The notes beneath the pieces are model-generated. The model worked only from the letters and a program-made list of their open reading frames with translations, was not told the origin of the DNA and made no database searches. From the NCBI GenBank assembly GCA_963693365.1, contig CAVNZM010000001.1:17904783-17968782 (forward strand): a DNA stretch of 64,000 nucleotides, read 5' to 3'. Every line of letters begins with the position of its first letter. Position 1 is the stretch's first letter. Below, in pieces: positions 25,387 through 48,195 of this stretch. The position numbers and the translations under genes are program-made. The stretch comes from Amoebidium appalachense (taxonomy: Eukaryota; Protista; Ichthyosporea).

Positions 25387-26152
25387 AGGGCACGGAAGCA
25401 GGCTCACACAGTTTCCCTGGGGCACCTACCTTGGGTTTCTTTTTCTGTGTCTTCTATCTCTTTTGTTGCTTTTTTCTCCTCCGTTTTCTTGAACTCTCTT
25501 CTGATTCGCCACATTCATCATCCCTGTAATGGGCTTGGTCTTTTCTGTGTCCCAGAACCGGAATAGATTTAATATTGCCGAATTTGTTATCTGATATGCA
25601 AAAATAACTACCGAGTGGTGAAGACATGCAAAAAGAACATGTGTGCAGCTTGGCCAGATTCTAATGTAGAAAACACGGCCCTAGTCGGATCGGTGGAATT
25701 TGAGGGTGCCATGGAAGGTACCTAAATACATATTTGTGGTTGTTTATTATTATAAGTTTTTCTTACCTTTTCCTTTTCCTTCTCCTTACCCCCCCCCCCC
25801 CCCCCCTCTCCCCGTCCTCCCCCCCCCCCCCTTCCCCCCACCACCACCACCACCACCACCACCCACCCGGTCCCTCCTCCTTCTCCCTTACCCCTTCTCC
25901 CTCTGGTATCAATCACACCCAAAAGACTAAAACAAATACTACGAATGCGTACCAGGTTTATGCTCCACCCGTTATTTACGCAACAATGCACCGCCCTTTT
26001 AAACCTGCACACGACACCCAATAACATTTACTGACCGTCAATCTAGCAGGACACACAATTTTGGTAACTCCTGCACCACCCCACCTGCACAAGTGTCTGA
26101 ATCCTGGGGAATATTTGATACATATCGGCCTGCTCACACCTCTGACGCAAAA

Positions 26153-33407
<7,255 letters not shown>

Positions 33408-35081
33408 ATGCAAACGGTTACCAATGCACGTGCACGAAATTCAATGCATTTTCCTGTACAGTTACTGTGTTCATGGTGTAAAGGGCTTCATATTCATGTT
33501 TTGCTATCTTTTGGCCGCTCCTGTGATATGGGCACACAATTCATGTGCACGTGTGATGATATCCCGGGAGAAAGAAAAAGGGGTGGTGTGTGTGTGTGGG
33601 GGGGGGGGGGGGGGGGGGGGGGAGGAGGGGGGAACGAATAAACCAAGTTCAAATACGAAGACTTATGAAAGCTCATACCTGTCCCTGGTCAAGGACGTCG
33701 ACCATGACCCTATAGTACTCGTGGCGTCCCTTTTTCTCCAAAATGATGAATAAGTTCACTTACGATTTACCCACAGTCAAATTCTTAACAGTTCACAAAT
33801 CATCAACGCGCACACACACACACACGCAGTCCACGGTGTACACATCCTGTTTCGTTTGTGCTTTTCAGGGGTAAGCACTGGCCACATCAGGCACTACCAG
33901 CACGCATAGCTATAGGGACGCCTGGGGCAGAGACTTAGCGCTATAGCTAGTCCATTAGGGTGTGTCAATTGCACTCTAAACCTTCAGTGGCTAGGGTGGT
34001 GTGGTGAATGGCCTCCCCAGGTCTCACCTCCTTTTGATGTAACTACTGTTAGATAGGCTGAGCACCTTATAGCATAGCTGGTTATATGAAACACTCTATG
34101 TACACCAACAAACGCACTACACATCACAAAACACATACCTTACAACACCGTGAAATCATACTATATCACTACAACAAATGTAATAACCACCCTCAAATGC
34201 CGCCCTGACTCCTTGCCAAGCAAACTTCCACTTTTTTCGCCATCCGAACAGAAATTCCAAAGATCTCGTCATCACGAGTCATCCAGTAATATCGCGAGAT
34301 CTTGTCCAACTCTGGAAGTAACCAACCAATCGAGTGCACGTCGTCCATTGAGTTCAATGAGTTGCCCCACCCGCGGCCCGCGGGTTGAGGCCCTGGGGCC
34401 GAGGGCATGCGCAAGGCAAGGCTAAAGAGACTGTGGGGTCCGCAGCCGGATGCGTGTGTGCGTGTGCCGTTATAAACGTGGTCACCATCTATCATGCGGG
34501 CTATTTTCCGTGTCAAACTCATGGAATCTTCTATAACGTACAATGCACTACTGACATAGACACACAGTCAAACAAACACACAGACCTCATTCACACATCA
34601 CACATTCATACACACCACACACACGCACACAAGCCCGCACACACACTCCCACACACATACACAAACGCACACACAAACACTTCACACGCACACAAAAAAA
34701 CGTGTGTCGTGTATACACACGCACACACACATGCCACACACGACCACACGTACACATGCACACAGGCACGCACACACGCCCACAGGTGCACACACACACA
34801 TGCACAAAAACACACACCCGCATATTCACAGTATGGAAATGCCCATAGATAAACACACACACAATCACTTTCCGGAGAGAAATCCACCCATACACATTAC
34901 ACACATGCACATAACTACCGTGCCACACACCAACAAACCTACACACCAACACCTAGACACTATTACACGCAACTACGCACGGACGCATATACACACGAGC
35001 ACGCAACACCCATAAACATTACACACACATTGGACCCAAAAAAACACCTGCGCAGGTACACACATGGGCACACACACATAC

Positions 35082-37456
<2,375 letters not shown>

Positions 37457-37537
37457 CTGGGTACAAACACAAGTACAGCAGGCCAGGTGAGTTTGCGCAA
37501 ATCGTTTGCATATGTGCTGTACGTTTTTATGCTTGTT

Positions 37538-37592
<55 letters not shown>

Positions 37593-37593
37593 C

Positions 37594-37647
<54 letters not shown>

Positions 37648-37697
37648 TATGTTTGTGTATTATGTGTGCATGTGCGCGCGTGTGTGTGTTTGTCCTG

Positions 37698-37770
<73 letters not shown>

Positions 37771-39760
37771 CCGTGTGTCTGCGTTTGTGTGTGCATGTGT
37801 GTGTGCAGCCTCGCACTGTGTGGTGTGCCCGAGCCATGTGTGTGCGCACATGCGCATGCCCTTTGTGTGTTTTTGTTTGGTGCATGCTTCGTGTACTTGC
37901 GTGTGTGCACACATGCCCGCAAGCCTGAATGCCGTGTGTTCACTTGTGTGTGGGTATATGGAAGGTGCACCCATCTATTTGTGTGGCTGTGCGGGTACTT
38001 GGGGATGCGTGTGACTGCATGCAATCCGCATGCATGCACATATTTCGTGTGTGTGTGTGTATGTGCTTGTGTGTTTGTGAACGTGCGTCCATATATGTGC
38101 ATTTGCTGCGCGTCTTTTTGCTATGTGCACGAGACCTAAGAGTTGACTGTATAGCGGCCCCCATTGGCCAGAATGCGCCTTAACGGTGTTCCCGACTTGT
38201 CCCCCCATTCCTTCTGAACTAACACTTTATATTTTTAATACGTAGGAGGATCTCGCACATCCTTTCGCTCTCTTCATAATTACCGGGGGCAGATCCCAGG
38301 CCTGTTCGTGTTGTGTCGACACGTTCTCCCCCTGCGCTGTGCCTGCCGCCATAGACACATCTGCGAGCCACCACCCGCTGCTACATCTACCGTTGCATCC
38401 TCTCTCAACTCCTCTTGGGCAGCTTTGTCTTTCACGCTCTCCATGCTTTATTTTTTCTGCTAACCCTATCTATAATTGTTTTTCTGAAGATTGCACACAC
38501 TTCTGGTGTGCAGCTTAGAACGAGATTGCTGGCATGTCAGGATGGGTGGCTCGATGGGATCTTGCACAATCTGTATGCTGCTGTCCTAAGTCGGCATAAG
38601 AAGGTTGTCTACGCCAGATTGGGGTCCCAATTCCATGTGCCCTAGCGTCACTAACTGTGAACCATACAAGGGATGTATTACCAAAAGTTTATGTTAGCTG
38701 CTTGCCAAAAAGTTTGCAACATTCAACAAGGCGCCAACTCAAAGCGTCACGAAGTACGGTAGCTGCTGTACCACTCTGACTCTGAGTGATTTTGTTGTTT
38801 ATCCTCCTAAACTAGTTTGGCCCAGAGCTCGGACTCCCTGACCTCAACTGTTCCGTCTTTGTTTTGGTTTGCCTAGGAAGCGCAGCTTCAAACGCTAAAT
38901 AATACCATATTACATAGAAAACTGCCAATATTTGCGTATGAATATGGCAGTAGAACCAGAACCCTTATGTATCTTCAAGAAAGGTGGTGGTCTAGCTCAA
39001 GGGTTCAGGCTGCCCTTATAAGGGTTTGAGGGGTTTTAAACTGTGGTAGGTATGCCCAATCAGATTAGTGATTGCGTAACCATATATGATCCATCTACAT
39101 TTTTAGTATATTCCTCGACCGTAATGGATCGGTCAACCCCTGCGCAGGCAGCCGATTGGCTCCTCGGCACCAAGACTACCAAAAGAAAAGACACTTCGAC
39201 CTGAGCTCAGCGGCCCCGGGGTGACCCAGGTGAGACACTCGCACGTGTTTGTATAAATTGAAGTGTATCCCGGGACCCCTGTGAATACAGCATATATATT
39301 TGATCCGTGCCATGATGGCATAAAAAGGCTTAAGTACTAAGTTATCCACATATGCATTCCCGTGCAGTAAACTGTAAAGCGAACACGACTTTCACATACC
39401 AGATACAGGGGATAGCATATGCTGATAGTAGCTACCTCAGCTGCAATGAACATTGCACTGCAGTCTCTGTGGTGACTCTTAACAATATTTTATCGCGTTG
39501 TCCAAACCTATTCATAAATACAGCGTCCAGCCCCCCCCCCCCCCCCCCCCCCCCCACCACCACCACCACCACCACCACCACCATCACCACCATGCGAACT
39601 CCCTCCTCCCTCGGTTGCCTATTGAAAAAATCGTGACCAGCACTTCAAAACGTGCATGATATATTGCTCCCCCCCCCCCCCCCCCCCCCCTCCACGTGTC
39701 CCCTTTCTCCCACACCACCACCCCATGCAACACAACCACATAAATCAACAACTAACTCCT

Positions 39761-40189
39761 CTAATCCTCATCCTCATCGTCATAGTTTACATTCAGAGTG
39801 TTGCTATCCTCAGGCCCTAGCTGTGTCTGCACCTGCTGGTCTCTGATGTGCCGTCTGACCTCCTTTTCCAGCGCCTTATCTACGTGCAGTGACTCGGTTG
39901 TAACCGTCTCACGGCACCCTGGAAAAAGTGTGAGAAAATAAAAAACATGGAGAAAGTATTATTGCGATCATGTGAGGGGAAACATGAAAAACCGAATAGT
40001 GGGATGACAAAAGCCCTTAAATGCTTTAAGTAAGTTGACAAAAACGCAACACCTGATAATGGGATGAGGAAAACAACTGAAAAATCTGAAAAAATCTGAC
40101 GGGATGAGGGGGAGAAAGTCCGAAAACCCTCCAGCAGGAATGACCCCCCCCCCCCCCCCCCCCCCTCCCCTGGGGAAAAAAAAAAAAAA

Positions 40190-40220
<31 letters not shown>

Positions 40221-40564
40221 AAACTGAAGACCCCCAAAACTGGACAAAAGAATGCAAAAACCTTGAGAATTTCAGGGTTAAAGTAGGACGAGACAAAAAA
40301 AACCTCAAAGAACATAAAAACAAGGCGAGGGGGAAAAAAAAAGAGAAAACAAGAAAACCATGACGGAAGAGGCCTTCGGGGTCCCTTTTTTCACTACATA
40401 CATTAAACGTGGGAGTGGGGCTTGGTTGTCGGTTAGCCAGGGCCTCATAAAGAACAAGATTCTATTGAAAGGAGGACGTCATAAAGGCATCGAAACCCTG
40501 TGTTGGACGGCGCTTTGATCCCATTCATATCTTTTTAAAACTCTTTCTTTTTTTTTTCTTTTTT

Positions 40565-40655
<91 letters not shown>

Positions 40656-40812
40656 GGGAGGGGAAGGGAGAGGGGGGGGGGGGGGGGGAGGAGGAGGGGG
40701 GAAGGGCTACACATACCTCCAAAAGGACACTTTACGCGCTTGGCCCTCTTGCCGTTCGTCTTGATCAGAGCCATAATGGCATCTCCACTGTAGCTGTGTC
40801 CACAGTGGCTGC

Positions 40813-40843
<31 letters not shown>

Positions 40844-41081
40844 GTTTACTGACTGAGTGAAGTAACCCAGAACCCACCTCCACACGAACTTCCAAGCCCA
40901 CAAGCCACCAAGCTTGCTATTAAATTTATGAACCAGGCACACGCACAAACACGTGATGGTGTACATTCCCTCCAGTAATTAGGTATCATACATATGGCAT
41001 GCATAAACACCTTTGACGTCGCGCGCCCGCGGGCGCACAGGCACCCGCACACACACACTAACCCACACATGCGTGCACACA

Positions 41082-41136
<55 letters not shown>

Positions 41137-41235
41137 CATACACAAACATGCAGGCACACATGCACACAACCACACGTAGACACACACCAGGCACACAGGG
41201 GGGGGGGGGGGGGGGGGGAAGAGGGAGAGGGGGGG

Positions 41236-41267
<32 letters not shown>

Positions 41268-41718
41268 TGGGCCCAACAACTATGACACTGATCATGAGGA
41301 GCAGATTAACCCCCCCCTGCCCCCCCCCCCCCCCCCCCCCCCCCCCTTTGCCACCACCACCGCCGCAGCGCCCCCCAAGAAAGAAGAAATAGAAGGACCA
41401 ACCAAACACAGGCCCTAAGACGCGCATACAGGACATGTTTAAGGGATATTCACAAGACACAATGGTGTGCAGCAAAAGGCAAAACCGAACGAGAGCAACT
41501 GCACACAGCTACTCAAAATAGGCAGGATATGCATGGGGAATCGGGGATGACACACCATGCATGTGTACACGTGCCTAGAGCTCTTTTGGGTCAGACCTGC
41601 AACCAACCGCCGTCGTGTGTGTGCGTGTCTGTGTGTATGCTTTTCGTGTTTGTTTTTCTTTTTTTTGGGGGGGTGGGGGGGAGGCTGGGGGAGAAAGATG
41701 AAGGGGAAAGGTGTGTGT

Positions 41719-41768
<50 letters not shown>

Positions 41769-42590
41769 CATACTTTGTCATTGGGTTTTCCAGAATCTTC
41801 TGTGTGATGGGGCACAGGTAGCTCTTCTGGACTTCGCCCATCTGGATGTCGGCATCCTCATCCTCCGATTCCATTGGCTGCGCCGTGCCGGACTGTGTGA
41901 TTTGCAGCCATTAGGCATCTTGATTGGTGGAATGTCACGTCGAACGATTGCCGACTATGTCGCTGCAAAGCCACTACTCTCCTAATCATTTTCAGGACCA
42001 ACATCATGACAGACCCCGCGGCTAAACTGGCATGTCAAGAAATGTCAGATATCACATGCATGGTGGTGTGGGGTTGGCTGGAGGGGAGGAGGAGGGAGGG
42101 GGGGGGGGGGGAGGGGGGGGGGGAGAAGGAGAAGGAGGGGGAAGGGAGGGGGGAGCTGGCGAGAGGGAGAGAAAGGGAGGGAGGGGGGGGGAGAGGGAGG
42201 GGGGGAGAGGGGGGGGGGGGGGGGGGAGTGCAAACGCAAAAGGAGCAAGAATATGCATACATGTGTGTCGTACATGTGCGGACATGTGTAAGTATGTGTG
42301 TGTGTGTGCCTTTGTATAGGTGTGTCTCTATGAAAACGGCTTGTGCAAGTTTGTGTGTGGGTCGGTGTGTGTCTGTATATGCGTATGCGCATGCACGTGC
42401 GTGTCTGTGTGTGCATGTGTGTTGTGTATATGTGCGAGCAGGGGGAGAGGAGAGGATGGGGATGGGCATACCCCTGTTTTCTCTGCCATGCGTGTCACAA
42501 AATGGCTGCGCTCAAATGTGCTGCCGTCAATCCGGTCAACCCACTTCTGATACTCCTCCTCGTAGAACTGGTGCGCCTCATCAAGATTCT

Positions 42591-42667
<77 letters not shown>

Positions 42668-45600
42668 CGCGTGCGTGCGTGCGTGCGTGTGCGCACATAC
42701 ACACATATATAGGATAGGAAGGTGTGGATGAGGGGGGGGGGGGGGAGGGGAGTGGAGGAGGGGGGAAGGAAAAGGGGAGGGAGAGGGGGGGGGGGGGGGG
42801 GGGGCTGCAGTAGATGTTACAGGACCGTTTTAAAGAAGAGGTTCACCTCGTACATAAGACAACCGATACTCACCTGCGCCTGCTCCTACCCACGACTGAT
42901 AGGACGAACCGGGGGGGGGGGGGGGGGGGGGGGGGACGAGAGACAGAAGCTTTAGAAGGGGCCAGGGGGGGAAGAGGAGCAGGGGAAAGGGGATTTGTTG
43001 AGAGAAAAGAAGGGGGAGGGGGGAGGGGGGAGATTAAATGGCTGGCATGGGTAGGGGAAGGCGGGGAGGATGGATGCATCAGGATATAATGGAAGGGTGA
43101 AAGGGAAGATTATACTGTATGGGGATGGGGGAGGGATGAGGATACTGGATGAGAAGAAGAAACGGGAGAGCACCTGAGTTAGGTCATTTTTTTTGAGGAC
43201 GGGGGCGGGAGAGGGAGGGGGCAGGGAGGGGGGGGAGGGGAGGGGGGGGGGAAGGAGACTCCCCTGTCCAGGCTCTAAGTTCAAAAACTACATAATGGAA
43301 CACTCATTGTAGATATAAAGAAAATGTATGCAGAACAAAAATCAGCCAAACTCATCCGCTGAGGGGGCCCTGGTTGGCCGTGGAGGGGGAGGAGGAGGAG
43401 GAGGGGGGGGGGGGAGGGACAGGCCTGGGGTGGGATGTGGGGGGGGGGGGGGGGGGGGGTTGGAGAGCGGGGGAGGGGGGAGGGGGGACGGGGAATTGAG
43501 GAGGGGCTAGAAAAAGGTGCAGAGTATGAAGTACAAATTGACGACGGACAACAGCATGCAGATCTTGCAAAAAAGAGTACACACAGAGTGGTAATGAGAA
43601 CTAAGTTCCATCGTCAGTCGGGAAGGAGGGAGAGGTGAGGAGGGGAGGCCTACGCGTGTGGGGGGGAGGGGGGGAGGGGGGGTTTTGAATGCGTCAAAAA
43701 GTACGAAGTACACAAGAACAAACGGATAACACGATGCAGAATGCAAGCCATACATAAAGAGTATGCATAATAAGCAGAGCCCATCCTCAGGGGGGGCCCA
43801 CGTCATCCACAGTACCCGAGTTTCGACCTATTCCCCTCGTTAACGAAACCCAACTCAGATACTGTTTCACTTGAACATGAGTAGGTCACCCGTCTTGATC
43901 AGAGACGAGCAGGGTTGCTTATGCAGGCAAGGGCAGTGGGAAAGGCCGGGGGTTAAAGTTGCAGCAGTAAGCAGAAGCAAGAAAAATATAGATAGGAACT
44001 CAGGAGACGGGGCTTCTAGGAAGCTCCCCCGTCGATACCTAAGTCGATACTTCCCTGGCTAACATACTACACCAGCTGAAAAGAATTAAGTCCCGAAGGC
44101 CACAGAATTCGTAATCAGAGGGGAAAATATGAGATTTGACCCACGCCGCAGGGTAGTAACACGCTTACTAGGGCGGAACTTTATCGTGGGAGGGGGGGGG
44201 GAGATGGGCGGAGGGGGGGGGGGGGGGGGGGGTGTTCCTCACCACAGCGTCCAAGTCCAAATTGTGTCTCAGTTTATCGACCACGGCCATCTCTGCCTGT
44301 AGGAGTTCAGACATTTTGGCCCACTCAATAGATGTGGCCTGTAGCCGCTCAAGCTGGTAAACAAACAGAGTGAGTAATGTGAAGATGCGAGGTTTGTGGG
44401 TTGTGATTGAAAGAAACGAAGGAGAGAGAATGGAGGGGATGTGTTGTGGTTGTGATAGTGTTTGTCAGATAAAAGAATGCAAGGAAAAGTGGTGGTATGG
44501 TATGCAAACTGTAACGGGCAGTGAAGAGGACGGAGAAAGGCTTGAAAGGAGTGGGCATAGGAATGGGCAAAAGGTGCCAAAAAAAAATATAAAAAAAATA
44601 AGTAGCCGATGATAAACGTGGCGGGCTTGTGGGAGATGAATGGTAAGGGGTGGGAAAGCCCCGTGTGTGTGTGTCGTGCATTGCAGTGTCTGGTGTGTGT
44701 GCGTTACACGTACATGTATGGTGTGTGTGTGTGTGTATTCATGTGTGTGTGTGCATGTGCGTCCCGGTTGTGTGTGTGTGTGTCCCTTTGTGAGATAACA
44801 GTATGGGTGCACATGTTTTTGTGTGCTTGTGTGTGCACGTGGGCCGGTCGTAGAGGGCCAAGGAGGTGAAGGGGATTGGTGAAAGGAGATTTCGAAACTC
44901 CACCACATGTGTGAGCCGGTGCTTGCATGAACAACTATACAGCTGGCTGCCTTTCTTGGCGCCCAAAAAGAGCGAAGCACTGCCAAAGTTACCAGCATTG
45001 GGTTGTACGGATTGGGTTAAAGCCTCTAACCCCCCCTCTGCCTCCCTCACCCACCTTCCCCATTCATTGTTAGAAAAAAAAACGTGAGGAAATCTTTCAA
45101 AAAAAGGGGGGGAGACGAGGGGCAAGGGGAGAGGGGGGGGAGGGGGAGAGGGGGAGAGGGGGGGGGGAAGGGGTGGGGGAGGGATGAAAACGATTGAGAT
45201 GATAACAAAACGAAGATGATTGCAAACCAGTAGATTCATCAAACCCAATTCAAAGCAACCTTCTCTTCTGGGTAAATTTTGCGGGAGGGATGGGAATAAA
45301 TGACAAGAAAATGAAGAGATCCTTTTTAAAAACATACAACTCAATCTAGCTAGCGTGTTGGTTGGGAGACATTAGAAATGGGAAGGGTGGTGTGGTGGCG
45401 GTGGAGGAGGGATGTGGTAGTGGTGTGATGGTGTGGTGTAGTGTAAGGTTTGGGAACTGGGGTGGTGGTGGTGGTTGGGGGGGAAGGGGGGGGGGGGGGG
45501 AGGCACCTACCAGGTCCTGGTCACCTTCGTTCTTGTACATATCCTCGGCCACGTCTAGAACACTGCTGTACAGCTCCTCCATCTGCTCCTGAAAGAGCAA

Positions 45601-45729
45601 AAAATGGGTCCCGGCCACAAAAGTGTTAGAGTTTGGTTGACCAGGAAAAGCAACGTGGAAGGTTACGCGGGGAGGACAAGAGGAACAGGGAAGGCTTGGA
45701 TGGCCCGAAAAGAAGACGGGTAAGGGGGT

Positions 45730-45767
<38 letters not shown>

Positions 45768-46338
45768 TGTTCGGAGGGGGGGGGGAGGAGGGGGGGGAAG
45801 GGGGTGGGAGGGGGGGGGGGGGGGGGGGGGAGGGGCACGAAGGCGGAGAAGGTGTGCGCCACTGAGGGTGACTGTTGACTGCACAATTCACGATTTTTAG
45901 GGCATAAAACAAGACAACACTAGGAAACCTAGAAGATGCAACATAATGAAAGAAAAAAGGGGCATTTCTACCAGTATGTGTGAGTAAGTTTGGGGGAGGA
46001 GGAGGGGAGGGGGGGGGGGGGGGAGGGGGGGAATGGTTGCGGGAGGGTGGGGGGAGAAGGGGGGAAGAGGAACCGACCGCGAGGGGGGGGGGGAGGAAAC
46101 GACCGCGCAGTCCCTTGGTAAAAATGGACAGAGTAAACAGGGGGAATCGATATTGCAGGGTGGAGGGGGGGTGGTGGGGGGGTAGGGGCATATAGAGAGG
46201 GGGGAAGGGGTGAAAGAGCCGAGAGTGGCAGGTGCCAGAGGGAAGAAGGTGATAGTTCGGGGAGGAGGGAAGGCGGTTGGAAGAAGGGTGGGGCGCGGGG
46301 GGAGGGGGAGAGGGGGGAGAGGGAGGCGCCGGGGGCGG

Positions 46339-46372
<34 letters not shown>

Positions 46373-46442
46373 GGGCAACCTGAATGACAGCCAAGGGGCG
46401 CTTCATGCTATCCACCTGGTTAAGTACTGATGCCGCCGCCAT
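39761..46442 (-). CDS. NSE2: E3 SUMO ligase NSE2/MMS21 (SMC5/6 subunit, SP-RING), 8 exons including a putative 12-nt microexon
   Basis: Exons 46442-46380, 45588-45511, 44353-44243, 42885-42874, 42588-42472, 41892-41774, 40808-40717 and 39918-39761 splice in frame. Helical N-terminus, acidic EDEDADIQM, then SP-RING CPITQKILENPMTNHCGHSY...CPFGGC. Confidence 0.88.
43683..43932 (-). repeat. Second-subfamily long copy (D) of the structured intronic element, in NSE2 intron 3
   Basis: Reverse complement aligns with copy A, with substitutions concentrated in paired positions; its 3' end runs into a C-rich tract on the minus strand. Confidence 0.88.
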
Positions 46443-47010
46443 TTTCGTTCGTTAAAGCTGTGCTGCCTGCTTGGTTTTGTGTGGCTTTGTGGCTTCAACT
46501 TGTGCTTGAGACACAGAGCGGGGAAAAACAGACTTTGCCTCCTTATCAGTCCCAGTTTTGTTGATTGATGTTCTGCTTCACTTCGTCTTTTACAATTGCC
46601 ACTCTAGTATAAAATGCACAAAAAAACCAACAACTGGGAGGCATTCCCGCACACTTTGAGTCTTTTTTCGTTTGTTGTCAACTCCTCGCCGAGTCCCGGC
46701 CTTCGCAGGCTGGTTTTCGCTTGTGGGGAGGCGCACCTACACAGAAATCTGTGATTGGTTTGTTTTCGCGCCAAAATCCCGCGAAGTCAGTCTCCCTAGA
46801 GTGTCCCTACAGAACAGCACCTTGTGAATCGTCATCTTGGCGGACCCCTCTGATTGGTGGTACGGATAGCTGTTACGTAATCGAGGGAGTGAAAATATGC
46901 GATTTCTACCTGGCTGTGAGATTTCATTTGCTGGAAGTATCCTTCGCGCATCCACCCCTAAACCAGGCCATCCGTGGCCCTAAGGGCCGGGGAACACCCC
47001 CATCCATGTC

Positions 47011-48195
47011 ATGGCACATGCCTATAATCGTTTCAGAACCTCTTTCAAAGTTCCATCTACACCCATCACACATGTGCGACCATTAAAACGTCCAGCAGAT
47101 ACACCTACCACAGATGCACAACCAGAAAAACATCGCCTTAGACTAAGCGCAACACCTATTTACAATACACTACCCATTCAGAATAACACCACACCACTCC
47201 GTAGAAACACAATAACAACCATGCCGAAACTTTCGGTTGATACAGTACTGGCAGAACTTGCCCTCGTTAAGAAACAGCTAAATGAGCTGTTACCACTCAA
47301 GAACATGATAGAAAAACTCCAAACAGAAAATACCCAACTCAAGCTCACCATTGATTCACTCACAGCCCAGCTAAACATTAGTGGATCGCAAAACCCCAAA
47401 ACTCATGAGCAAACATCTCGCGACGGAGACATTTCCACCCCAACACAAAACAACACAGGACCGGAAGCACAGCTCCCGGCAGAGTTCCTAGAATATGCGA
47501 ACTCTCGTAAAACACCCGAGCTCCGCCAAATTGCCAAGGAAACATATGCCAGCATTCTTGCAGGCAACGAGTACCGCCGCAACTCCCCTCCCAAACCGCC
47601 GGCTAAGGGGAACACCCAAGCAAACGGTAACATCAACATCCCACCCAAATACGAGAGGGTGTATTTCAAAGTCAAGCACGGCAGACGCCCACACAGGGCC
47701 ATGTGGTCCATCTTCAAGGCTCTCGGCTTCCGGTGCTCTCGCATCCTTTGTCTGTCCTTCATTGGATACGATGTGCTGGAAGTAGCAGTACGGGGCGACT
47801 ATAACCGTGCGTTCATCCGTGACGCGACAAAGGGGTGTGGAAGCTTCTTCACCCACCTCCCAAGCTACGACCCATGCGCGCCGGAAAACATTCAGAAAGC
47901 AGACAAAGAACGTAAAGTGTCTGCTAAGAATGCGTGCGCCACACGTTGTCGTGTACGCATCAGCAAGGCAAAAGAGTTCCTCGCAAAGTTGGAAAACGAT
48001 GCTACGAGCGTGATAGACACGGACACGAAGGAACCAATGTTTTCTGGTGAGAAACTGCTCGAGCGCAAACGCCGATGCGAGATGGAAATCGAGCTCTTCT
48101 GCGAACTGTTCGCGCTGGCGGAAGGTCGTGCATACGACCCCGTAAGCGACAAGTGGGAACCAACCCCACAGGTGTCGGACCAAACCGATGCCTAA
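47011..48195 (+). CDS. LINE ORF1 protein (coiled coil + putative RNA-binding domain)
   Basis: 394 aa; heptad segment LAELALVKKQLNEL...LKLTIDSLTAQL; block YERVYF...LGFRCSRILCLSF...LEVAV is reminiscent of fungal LINE ORF1 proteins; lies directly upstream of EN-RT. Confidence 0.8.
   Translation: MAHAYNRFRTSFKVPSTPITHVRPLKRPADTPTTDAQPEKHRLRLSATPIYNTLPIQNNTTPLRRNTITTMPKLSVDTVLAELALVKKQLNELLPLKNMIEKLQTENTQLKLTIDSLTAQLNISGSQNPKTHEQTSRDGDISTPTQNNTGPEAQLPAEFLEYANSRKTPELRQIAKETYASILAGNEYRRNSPPKPPAKGNTQANGNINIPPKYERVYFKVKHGRRPHRAMWSIFKALGFRCSRILCLSFIGYDVLEVAVRGDYNRAFIRDATKGCGSFFTHLPSYDPCAPENIQKADKERKVSAKNACATRCRVRISKAKEFLAKLENDATSVIDTDTKEPMFSGEKLLERKRRCEMEIELFCELFALAEGRAYDPVSDKWEPTPQVSDQTDA

Noticed and set aside
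25030-25560. Exon-like minus-strand segments (Lys/Glu-rich, ending GTAGGT) between cystathionine beta-lyase and THYN1
   Set aside because: No consistent multi-exon frame or recognisable domain could be assembled.
38983-39060. tRNA-like A box (TAGCTCAAGGG)
   Set aside because: No cloverleaf and no properly spaced B box (GTTCRA).
46670-46740. HDV-like ribozyme in the LINE 5' UTR (TCCTCGC resembles L3)
   Set aside because: I could not build the P3, P1 or P2 pairings around it by eye; an RNArobo/Infernal search would be needed.
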